The notes below the pieces were generated by a model. The model worked only from the letters and a program-made list of their open reading frames with translations. It searched no databases and had not been told where the DNA came from. The position numbers and the translations under genes are program-made. A stretch of 64,000 bases of DNA from Eledone cirrhosa (taxonomy: Eukaryota), in NCBI GenBank assembly GCA_964016885.1, contig OZ024742.1:263252001-263316000 (forward strand), written 5' to 3'. Below are positions 27,644 to 38,565 of this stretch, one piece after another; position 1 is the first letter of the stretch, and the number at the start of each line of letters is the position of its first letter.

Positions 27644-28616
27644 TAAACATTTGTAATTACATTTCAAAAATCTCCACAGGAAATAAACTTTTAGATGTGC
27701 GGAACAATAGTTTCATTACCAGGTAGGATTGAGATTATTATTACAGAAATAAAAGCCACAGAAATTGTTACAGGTGTTTACAATTGCATTTCAATAAAAT
27801 TGCAACCATCATAGAAATGAATAAATTGATTTAAACTCTATAAAGTCTTTGGTTATTCACCTAAAATTGAATTATTATGCCTTGTATTTTTCTATAAGTG
27901 ATTAACACATTGAGCTTTAATACACTTGGTAATGAATGAGTGTTATTCCCACTTCTATTAATCATCATCATTTAGTGTCCATATTTCCATGCTAGCATGG
28001 GTTAGATGAGTTGTCCTGTTATGAGAATAAGTCAGGTCAGATGACTGTCTTACTCATACAGAACTGTTTCTGTCTTGCTTTATATATATATATGTGTGTG
28101 TGTGTGTGTGCGCGTGCGGTGATCTATACAACAAAAGCACCCAGTCCACACTGTAAAATGGTTGGTGTTGGGAAGGACATCCAGCAATAGAAACGTTGCC
28201 AAACAAGGAGTTAGGAGAATCCTTCAGTTTGTGTCAAAAGACATGACAACTTCTGCTCTGCATTTGATAATGACCATATATAAGTAGGATACAGACCTCC
28301 TTGGCCTGTCTGGGACATCAGTGGCCCCCCCGCTCCAGTACTGACTTGGTCTATGTAGACCCGTCCAACCCTTGCTAGTAGGAAGAGCAGACGTTAAATG
28401 ATGATCATGATGATGATACATATATACTTTAGTACAGAAATATCAGTAGGCTTTATCTCCAACAGTATTTCAGTTAACTGAGAAAGCATCACTTAATTGC
28501 TCATACACAGTTCTCTATACATCCTTGGTTACATACAAACACAAACATAAAAATAGGTACAGAAAGACAACATCGAACATCCATGGTAAATATACCAAGC
28601 TAATCAATGTTCTTAC

Positions 28617-28718
28617 CTAGTTTGGCAGCTTTCATTATTTAGAAAATGTGAGGGCTGCATCAATTCAATCTGTGCTGCAATTACATCCTTTGACTCCAAC
28701 ATATCGCAATCATCTATA
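28617..28718 (-). CDS. Gene B internal exon (102 nt)
   Basis: ttttcttcacag acceptor, gtaaga donor, phase 2/2. Reads (S)IDDCDMLESKDVIAAQIELMQPSHFLNNESCQT. Confidence 0.7.
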
Positions 28719-29189
28719 CTGTGAAGAAAAAAAACATTATATTTCAACATTATATTTCGTTTTTGTTTTGAACCATTTCCGTTTGAAGAGAAGGTAACAG
28801 CCCTGAAGTATCATATTGAAATATACTGGGTAAAACATTACTTTGTTTTGCTTTATTTGTCATCCTTTACCCTTTATATATTTCTACCGCAATATACCGG
28901 GTTTTTTAAACTTATCAATTATTTATTACATATCTCACAATCCTCCATATTAACTATGTTACATTATTATTATTACTATCACCATCATCATATTATTATT
29001 ACTGTTTAGCTTCAGGTCAGCCCTGAGCCAGCAGATCTATGATCAAATACATTCCAGCACTAACTGCACCACCATTTCGTTTTCAAATAGAGTGTATCTA
29101 TGACTACATTATCCAATGTAGCTTTCCTCATTTTAAGATGAATGTGTATGGTTTGAGGAAGATTTTATTGTTATTTCTAGCAGATCAAG

Positions 29190-29380
29190 CAATCATGGTG
29201 GCCATGGCAAAAGAAGTTGTATGATGGACATGATTGAAAGGGTTGAGGACAGACATCGTCCCCTTCAGAAAAGTCCTGATTAATTTTTTCAAGTTTCATT
29301 TGAAGAGGAAAATTTGGGGGGATAGGAAAGTATTACCTTCTAGATAGTCTGTTAAAAGGTGGATGAGATGGTGTGCATGG
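29190..29380 (+). mobile_element. Short degenerate fragment of the Tx1/L1-type LINE
   Basis: VAMAKEVV*WT*LKGL matches VAMAKEIVWWTRLKGL of the 30590-32075 element. Confidence 0.6.
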
Positions 29381-30296
29381 AAGGGCTTCTAGCTATAGAA
29401 ACCAAACCAAAATGCAGATCAGCAAGACATAGATCACTTGACCTGACTTGTCTCATAACGTGACAACCTGTCTAACCCATGCAAACTTGGAAAAATAGAC
29501 ATTAAACAATGATGATGGTGATGATGAACCCTTTGTGGTTAATAAAGAAATTATTGTTAGCATCGTAGATTCCTCAAAATAATAGAATGCCAGACTGTCT
29601 TGTGTGGGTTCTTTTATGCTTTGACTTCAAATCCTGTTAGGGTCATCTACATCATTTTATACTTTCCAGTTCGATAACTACATACTAGTTAAATGGTAGG
29701 GTTGACTTAATCAAATGTGCTGTGCTCTATAGATTTGTGGCTTTGTGCTTATGTCAGAAGTGGTTGTTGTTGTTGTTGTTGCTGCTGTTGCTGGGTCAAC
29801 TTTGCCTTTTATCCTTCAGGAATCAATAAAATGAAGTACCAGATAATTACTAGAGTCAATCTAATTGACTTACCCTTTCCCTCAAACTGCTGGCCTTGTG
29901 CCCAAATTAGAAACCATCATTATTAAGGCAGTATTATGACAAATACTATATAGTATTGAAATGAATGGATTTTGCCTTTAGGTTGAGTCAATCAATTACA
30001 CAAATAAAATTGTGAACATTATAATATTAAGGTGACCACCCAGTGAGTTGAGTGTGTAACACGGCTTTCATGCTGTTGTAACTATTTCACTTCACTAATG
30101 CTGTTAAATATTCAATCCATTTGGGAAATGTATATAAATGTCACAAAATGGCATAATGTAGCCAAAAACTGGAAGATAGAAGAAACAAGATGGATATTGA
30201 AAGAGAGTGAGAAGGAATGGTATAAAAAGAGACAAAGAGAATGAGAAAAAAAAAGAGAGAGGGAGGAAATAGAGAAAGAATATTATAATGAATTAC

Positions 30297-30349
30297 CTTA
30301 TCACACCACTGTCCTGTGTTCGATCTGTCTCACCAAGTTCTTCTCCAGA
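30297..30349 (-). CDS. Gene B internal exon (53 nt)
   Basis: ttttctgtag acceptor, gtaatt donor. Reads SGEELGETDRTQDSGVI; phase 0 in, 2 out. Confidence 0.7.
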
Positions 30350-30397
30350 CTACAGAAAATATAATAATAATGATTTATTTTTTTATCTTTAAGATAG

Positions 30398-30589
30398 TAA
30401 TAATAATTGTTTCTACTTTTGGCACAAGGCCAGCAATTATTCCAGTGTATTACTGGTACTTTATTTTATCGACCTTGTAAGGAGGAAAGGCAAAGTTAAC
30501 CTTGGCGGGATTTGAACTCAGATCATAAAGGCGCGTAACTCTTTGCTGCAAAGCATGGCGTCCGACCCTCTACCGATACTGCCAATCCA
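30398..30589 (-). mobile_element. tRNA-derived SINE (Nin/Deu-like family)
   Basis: Nearly identical to 36350-36533. Confidence 0.8.
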
Positions 30590-32075
30590 AGGGTTTACAA
30601 AAAATACATTATGGATAACACAGGATGGTACAATGTGAGTTTCTGCATGTAAAAATGAGTTTAAAACAAAAAAATAAAATTCCCCAATAGGGGGCAGACT
30701 TCTGAGGGGTACTCGTGGAGAAAGCCCACAAAAGCCACAGTCACCCTGACCACCAGAGCAAGTCTCCTCTCGCAGGTGTCCTCCTTTAATCTACAGGCAC
30801 AAGCTCAGAGCAGGCCCATTCTTGCCACTTCCACCTATCTTTCAACAAATTGCTGATTTTCTTCTTAAAGTGAAACTGAAGAAGTTAATCAGGGGGGTCA
30901 CCGAAAAGGAAAGTGCCCATCTTCAGCCCTTTCAGGCGCGTCCACCATACAATCTCTTTCGCCATGGCCACCAGACAAACAAAAACAGCCAGCCCTTCCT
31001 GGCTAAGGAAGGGCAGCAGGGCGATTTTGACGATGGACTCAGTTGACAGTCGGATCTGTCCCACATGTGACAGCAGGTGTTCAAGATAAACCCACAAGCC
31101 AGCAATACTTGGACACTGGACAAGTGCATGCACAATGGTTTCATCGCCCTGCAAGCATCTCAGACTGGCAATGCTCCCTGGTAGCACTGCCAAGCCAGGG
31201 ATTTTTGAAAGTTATCCATAGGCCCTAGAACGAAAGTCCTGTGGAAAAGAATAGTTAGTTGATTTTCATTGATGCCTAGAGTTTCCCCGAGAATATTATT
31301 GCCTTTACCCATCACTAACTCTCTATAGAACGCCATGGTGGAGTTTCCACCAATCATAGTGCCAAATTGGTTGAGGGCTTTGAGTGCCTGAAGACATTCT
31401 AGCCTCCAAGCGCTTCTCCTAGGTCTCCACTTGACCCAGGACTGCAGCTCCATCAAAGTGACGAGCTGGGGAAAAACATGCCTAACAAATGGCGACCACA
31501 CCTGTTCACCAATCAAGAAAAGTTGGAGATGTTGTAACCTTAGCGCATGTCTACACAACATCAGTCCTCCACGCAGCAGGTGTTGACAGCAGATGGACCG
31601 TCTGGCCATCAGAGCATGTCCTTTCAACAAAAAGTGAAAAAGCAAACGCTGTTGGATGGCATGGACCTGCCTCTCCAGGTGGCAAGCCGCAGGCCCACTG
31701 ACTTTTCCTGGTTAATCTTTGCTTCTGTCAACACCTCATATTCCCTCAGAGCAGTGCCGATCACTTTGATGTGTTTGGCACTTGACACCACTACAGTGAC
31801 GTCATCGGCATAAGCAGACATAGTTCTTCTGCACCTTAGTTCGCACGGATGCTCCTCAAATTTGTGCAATAATGGCTCTAGAGTTAATACATACAATAAG
31901 GACAAGAGGGGATAACCTTGGCTAACCGAGTGCATAATGTTGAATGGTTCCGGAAGGTGACCATTAACTCTTACCACAGAACAGATGTTGCTGTGCACTG
32001 CAACAATCCACCCTCTGAAAACAGGGAGGACTTCTGTCAGATATCGATGGCCAATCCTATCGAATGCTTTCGATT
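30590..32075 (-). mobile_element. 5'-truncated, frameshifted Tx1/L1-clade LINE (RT plus zf-RVT)
   Basis: KAFDRI at the 5' edge, SVSQGYPL-SLLYVL, AYADDV, KINQEKS, and a C-terminal LRCLQGDETIVHALVQC knuckle. Confidence 0.8.
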
Positions 32076-32140
32076 AATGCAAGCATAGAAAATAGACATA
32101 AATAGTGATAATGATGATACTGTAATATTTTTTACAAATA

Positions 32141-33720
32141 TTGGATTGAGTCATAAATAATTTCCGTTTTAGTAAAATAATTTATTCATGAATAATTTAG
32201 TAATGAATTAATTTCATTCAATAGTATATTTGCCATTATTTTGAATCACCTCTTGCTATTTATCAGGTAGCCTTTTGAATCCTCTCAAGTAAAATTCAGC
32301 TGGTTTTGAGCTCAAGAAATTTTTCACAAGCGTTTTCACCTAATCTTCTTGAGAACATTTTGTAGAGAACGGAAAAGATGGAAATCACTTGGTGCAAGGT
32401 CTGGTGAATATGGTGGATGAAGTAGAACAGAGCAACCTAAATTCAAAATTTTTTACTTTGTGCTTCTTGCTAAATGTGGCTTTGTGTTATCATGGAGAAG
32501 CACAATGTTTCTTCTGTTGATGAGTGCCGGGCGTTTTCTTAGAAGATTTTCATGCACACGTTGCAGCTGTTGAGAGTATAAGTCTGCATTGAGTGTCTGA
32601 TTGCAGTTTAAAAACTCAAAATGAATAATACCATGGTGATCCCACCATACACACAGCATAACTTTCTTTCATGAAGCTCCACCTTTGGGGTAGGCTGTGA
32701 AGATTTATCCTTGTCAATCCACTGTCTTAAGCATCAATATTGTCATAAAGACCCATTTTCATCACCTGTAATGATATTCTTGAGAAACAGGTAATTTCTC
32801 TGTGTTGAAAGAAGACTTGTCACAATGAATATGCGGTCTTCCTTATTCTTCTCACTAAAAGTATGAGGAACCCAAATGCCCAGCTTGCTCACTTTGCCTA
32901 TCTTTTCCAAGTGGCGATAGATTGGGGATTGGGATGTGTTGAGGTCAAGTGCTAATTCCAAGTACTTTTTCGCAGATTGCAGTCTACCAATTCTCTTACA
33001 GCATTTTGATCGAGGTCTGATGAGTGTTTTGGTTCAAGTTCATCCCTCAATGACATATCTCCAGAACAAAACTTTGAAAACCAGTTTCGGACTTGGCGGT
33101 CAGTACTGACACCAAGTCCGAAACTGGTTTTCAAAGTTTTGTTCTGGAGATATGTCATTGAGGGATGAACTTGAACCAAAACACTCATCAGACCTTGATC
33201 AAAATGCTGTAAGAGAATTGGTAGACTGCAATCTGCGCAAAAGTACTTGGAATTAGCACTTGACCTCAACACATCCCAATCCCCAATCTATCGCCACTTG
33301 GAAAAGATAGGCAAAGTGAGCAAGCTGGGCATTTGGGTTCCTCATACTTTTAGTGAGAAGAATAAGGAAGACCGCATATTCATTGTGACAAGTCTTCTTT
33401 CAACACAGAGAAATTACCTGTTTCTCAAGAATATCATTACAGGTGATGAAAATGGGTCTACAAATTTTCTTAGCTGCTTCTGTGACATTTTTGTTATTCT
33501 TAAACTCCCACAACATTACGTATCGAATATGTACTTTGAGTTCCTCCATTTTAGAGGTGTGAAATCATAGATTAAATTACAATGTGCAATTTTTCACTAA
33601 TGAAATAAGAATGACTGATGAAGACTCTCTCTAATCAGTTGTGTTTAAAACATTGGAAGTTTGAAATGCTTAATTAGAATTTGCTTTTAAAAAACGGAAA
33701 TTATTTATGACTCAAGCCAA
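32141..33720 (-). mobile_element. Defective mariner transposon with internal inverted duplication
   Basis: TIRs ttggattgagtcataaataatttccgttt / aaacggaaattatttatgactcaagccaa, with TA on the left. Motifs MEELKVHIRYVMLWEF, WVPHTF, IITGDE, LLHDNTKPH and HPPYSPDLAPSDFHLF. Confidence 0.9.
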
Positions 33721-34084
33721 TCAAATGGAATTGTTCTTTCTGAAGGACCATCAGGAAAAGAAATATTTCTTCTCATAATAGTTGCCTTGGGAATGATAAA
33801 AAAACATGCAAACAAATACATAATTAAAATCCAGGGACTTAGCAGTGTACATACACTACATACAGAAAATAGCACAACCATGCACAGAACATATATTATG
33901 TAGAGTACTTTCAAAACAATAAAAACAGCTGCACCAAAACAAAACACCTCACATACCCACGACACACTGAGCTGTGCCTAGTTGTACAATGAAAGCATGC
34001 AATAAAAATAAGACAACTGAATAATGATGATGATGATGGTGGTGGTGGTGGTGCTGCTGCTGCTGCTGCTAATGATGATAATAA

Positions 34085-35390
34085 TGCTTTATAATTTAGA
34101 TACAAGGCCAGCAATTTGGGGGTGAGGGATATATTGATTACATCAACTTTAGTACCTTATTTTATTGAAACCAGAAGGATAGATGAAAAGCAAAGTTGGT
34201 GGGATTTGAACTCAAAATGTAAATCACCACAATTAAATGACATAAAACATTTTGTCTGACACTCTAACACTTCTGCCAATCCAGGCACAAGGCCAGCAAT
34301 TACCCAGTGAATTACTGGTACTTTATTTTATTGACCCCGTAAGGATGAAAGGCAAAGTTAACCACGGCGGGATTTGAACTCAGAATGGCAAGGGCCGTAA
34401 CTCTATGCGTCAAAGCATGGCGTCCGACCTTCTACCGATACTGCCAATCCAATAATAATTGTTTCTGATTTAGGTACAAGAACAACAATTTTGGGGAAGG
34501 AGAAAGTCGATTGAATTGACCCCAGTACATTACTTTATTTTATCAACCTGTAAGGATGAAAGACAAAGCTAACCATGTGAGGATTTGAACTCAGAACGTC
34601 AAGGGCTATAACTCTATGCTGTAAAGCACACTGTCTGATGCTCTACTGATACTGCCAATCCACTACCCTTAATAATAAAATGATGAAAATTATTGTGTAC
34701 AATGCTCAGGTGCACTACAACTCATTGATCGTGCATGTAAAGTACATAGAATAATTGTTTCTACTTTTGGCACAAGGCCAGCAATTACCAAGTACATTAC
34801 TGGTACTTTATTTTATCGACCCCGTAAGGATGAAAGGCGCAAAGTTAACCTCGGCGGGATTTGAACTCAGACCGTAAAGGGACGTAACTATACTGAAAAG
34901 CAAAAATAATGGTTTCTGATTTAGGTACAAGGCCAACAATTTGGGGGAGGGGAAAGTCGACCCCAGTTCGTTACTCGTACTTTATTTTATCGACCCCATA
35001 AGGTTGAAAGGGAAAGCTAACCTCGGAGGGATTTGAACTAAGAACACAAGGGGCCATATCTCTATGCTGTAAAGCATATTGTTCGATGCTCTACTGATAC
35101 TGCCAATCCACTGCCCTTAATGATAATAATGGCAATAATAATAATTGTTTCTACTTTAGGCACAAGGCCAGCAATTTTTTTTTGGGGGGGGGGGGAGGAG
35201 GGAAAGTCGATGAAATTGACCCCAGTGCGTGACTGGTACTTTATTTTATCGACCCCGTAAGGATGAAAGGCAAAGTTAACCTCGTTGAGATTTGAACTCA
35301 GATCATAAAGGGCCGTAACTCTATGCGGCAAAGCATGGCGTCTGACCCTCTACCGATACTGCTAATCCACCGCCCTAATAATAATAATAA
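34085..35390 (-). mobile_element. Head-to-tail stack of about six tRNA-derived SINEs
   Basis: Repeated ggcacaaggccagcaatt...ggatgaaaggcaaagttaacc...ggatttgaactcag...gatactgccaatcca, separated by (AAT)n. Confidence 0.85.
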
Positions 35391-35402
35391 TAACAATGGT
35401 AC

Positions 35403-35812
35403 CTTTTGATGAAACTGGTGAATATTAGTTCTATCTGAACAGTTCAATAGGGATATATTTTCCGTTATTAAAGAGTTAGATATTATAGTGGTTGTATTTG
35501 GTACAATGTAAATATCTTTCCCTACATCTACAGGCTGTAATGGATTTTTCCCAAGTGTTAATTTGGTTTGAATTGATGATTGTGGTTGTGGTGAGAGTTG
35601 CTGTTGTTGCTCATGCTCTTCTTCTTCTTGAGAAAGATTGCGGAACTCCGTAGAACCTACATCATTTATGTTCAGGCTGTCTACAACTGTTGGAAGGTGT
35701 GAGTAAGGTGTTATGGACTCAGGGTTGAAGTTATCCATTTGTTGAAAGTCACCATCATCCTGATTTGAGACTGAGTTATAGTTTGATGACTGACTCTTTA
35801 TTTCATTTGACA
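35403..35812 (-). CDS. Gene B internal exon (410 nt), Ser/Asn/Gln-rich disordered region
   Basis: tgtttttcag acceptor, AAG|gtacca donor; phase 1 in, 0 out. Open frame SNEIKSQSS...EEEEHEQQQQLSPQPQ...NIHQFHQK. Upstream exons not identified. Confidence 0.7.
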
Positions 35813-36235
35813 CTGAAAAACAAAAAAAAAAGTATATCATATTGTAAATCTTTACTTTTTCTCACAAACCGCCACCACACTTATTAACAGCCATCAGAGT
35901 ATTCGGTTTATTTTCTTTACATATTGTCCAGGCTTGCAGTTTTTCTACGATTAGGTCTGTTGGCGGCCCGCGTTCCAAAATACCTTATCCCGTGCAACGC
36001 CAGGTACCACTGCTAGTGATAAATAAAAGAGGAATAGTTTCAGGGGTAATATTCTTCATTTTAATTGCTTGGGGTATTTCACCTCTAACTTTTCTTCTTC
36101 CTTTTTCAGCAAGTTGCGGGTTCCATGATTACTACATTAAGAATCGTTTTTGTTATAAATATCATGAAACACATCGTCGTGTCTTAGGGTCTACATAAAC
36201 TGATAGTAATTGCTGTGTGTGATCATGCACAACTA

Positions 36236-36885
36236 CTAGGCCAGCAGTTTTAGGACAGTCAATTATATCGACCCACTACTTGACTGGTACTTTATTTTAT
36301 CAACCTCAGTGGAAAACCATTCTCCTATTTCACTGCACCACTTATTAACATAATAATTGTTTCTACAATTGGCACAAGGCCAGCAATTATCCCAGGGTAT
36401 TACTGGTACTTTATTTTATCGACCCCATAAGGATGAAAGGCAAAGTTAACCTCGGCGGGATTTGAACTCAGATCATAAAGGGCCGTAACTCTTTGCTGCA
36501 AAGCATGGCGTCCGACTCTCTACCGATACTGCCAGGTTTCTGATTTAAGCACAAGGCCAACAAATTTTGGGGTAGGGGAAAGTCGATTAAATTGACCCCA
36601 ATGTGTTACTACTACTTTATTTTATCAACCCCAATGAAAGGCAAAGCTAACCACTGAACTCAAAATGTAAAGGGCCATAACTTATAAACAAAATAATTAT
36701 TTCTACTTTTGGCACAAGGCCAGCAATTACTCAGTACATTACTGGTACCTTATTTTATCGACCCCGTAAGGATGAAAGGCAAAGTTAACCCCGGCAGGAT
36801 CTGAACTCATAATAGCAAGGGCCGTAACTCTATGCGTCAAAGCATGGCGTCCGACCCTCTACAGATACTGCCAATCCACCGCCCT
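36236..36885 (-). mobile_element. Head-to-tail stack of about four tRNA-derived SINEs
   Basis: Same motifs and orientation as 34085-35390. Confidence 0.85.
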
Positions 36886-37594
36886 TATAAACAAAATAAT
36901 GACTAGACAACAGGAATCTTTACACGGCCACTTGATGTGCTGGAACTAAGAGTCAAATTCCCCTCAAATCACACTATCATTCAAAGTAAAAGGAAAAAGT
37001 CAATGCTGGTGAAATTTGAACTCGGAACTAAAAGAAACCTAACTAAATACTGTAAAATATTTTTTCCACTGTTCAACAGGTTCAGTAAATCTACTCCCTA
37101 GTGTTGGTGATTTACATGGTTAATGCACACAGTCCACACTGTAAAGTGGTTGGTGACTGGAAGGGCATCCAGCTGTAGAAAACCTGCTAAAAGAAGGTCA
37201 GGAGAACTCTTCATCTGTGTCAAAGGCACAATAACTTCCGTAGTGATAGTGATTAGGATAAAGCACAAAGCTGTACCAGCAATTTGTTGGGTGGGGAAAA
37301 TCGATTATATTGGCCTCAATACTTTACTATATCGAAATAAACATCATCATCATCATCGATTAAGGTCTATATTCCATGCTAGCATGGGTTAGACGCATCC
37401 CATTTAGAGGCAAGTTGGGTCAGGTGACAGTGTCTCGCTCATATAGGGGTGTTTCTGGCTGGTTTTCTACAGCTGGATGCCCTTCCTAACACCAACTAGA
37501 CTGACAGTGTGTGATGGGTGCTTTTTACCGTGTCTTTCAAACGTCCACTTTACAGTGTGGACTAGGGGGTGGGGTATACTGTATACATGCTTCA

Positions 37595-37757
37595 GCTTGT
37601 GCTAGTGGGCCATTTCCCTGAGGTAATCCGAGTCCTGTTTTCTCTTCTACTTACTAGGAACTTAGTCTTTGTCAGGTTGACTTTAAGACCCCTTCTTTCT
37701 AGACCCTGCTTCCAATTTCTTTTCTACTTTCAAATTGGATTCAGCTATGAGCCTAAG
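37595..37757 (-). mobile_element. RTE RT fragment
   Basis: WKQGLERRGLKVNLTKTKFLVSRRENRTRITSGKWP versus WKQQLEARGLRVNLAKTKVLMSRKEDKTLIPSGKWP at 54347. Confidence 0.7.
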
Positions 37758-37973
37758 ATATATATATATACACACACATATATATGTTAAAAACAAAACG
37801 GAAAACAACACAGCAAACGATACAGTACACTGAAGATATATATTAGTTTGATGCTTGGTTAGTCCTTCATAAGAAAAAAGAAGAGAAATATATATAATTC
37901 CAAGTAAAAGACGTGGGTACCATAGAGTATTACGTAAATAGTATCGGAGGAGTGTCATTAATATAAAAACGAA

Positions 37974-38163
37974 GGGCAGTGGATTGGCAGTATCAGTAGA
38001 GGGTCGGACGCTTTGCCGCATAGAATTACGTCGCTTTACGGTCTGAGTTCAAATCCTACCGAGGTTGACTTTGTCTTTCATCCTTACAGGGTCGATAAAA
38101 TAAAGTACCTGTATTGCACTGGTATAATTGCTGGCCTTGCGTCAAAAGTAGAAACAATTATTA
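37974..38163 (+). mobile_element. tRNA-derived SINE (Nin/Deu-like family)
   Basis: Full A box, B box, central domain and tail, on the + strand. Confidence 0.8.
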
Positions 38164-38565
38164 TAAAAACGAAGGGAGACGGTCTCACGTATACATCTTC
38201 AGTTTATTATATCATCCTATTATGCCCATTGACGCTCGCTTGTAATCAGAGAGCCAAGATGAAGTTCCATACTATGGTGAGCATATCAAAACAAAACAAT
38301 ATTACATTTACATACCTGTCTGATGACAACATATCAAATAATTGTTACATAATGACTCTGATGTCTTTGAAATGTGCATAACGGAATGATGTAATAATCT
38401 GAAGATGTACGCGTCATACAGTCTCTCTTATTTTTATTAAAATTTATTTATATATATATATGTGTGTGTGTATACAGATTTGCCATACGGCCTTTGAAAC
38501 GGTTTAAACTTGACCGTACGGTCTATCTGTCTTATATATATATGTACATATATATATATATAATA

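Noticed and set aside
20631-27726. 2341-, 2331- and 2347-aa ORFs as a giant mucin or His-rich gene
   Set aside because: They coincide with a 69-bp tandem repeat inside a phase-consistent intron of gene B. There is no signal peptide or unique domain, and variants are mostly non-synonymous in the mucin frame.
38316-38398. Candidate upstream exon of gene B (LLHHSVMHISKTSESLCNNYLICCHQT, phase-1 gtatg donor)
   Set aside because: The phase fits, but it overlaps one arm of a degenerate inverted repeat (38163-38230 vs 38370-38436), so it is more likely a MITE relic; RNA evidence is needed.
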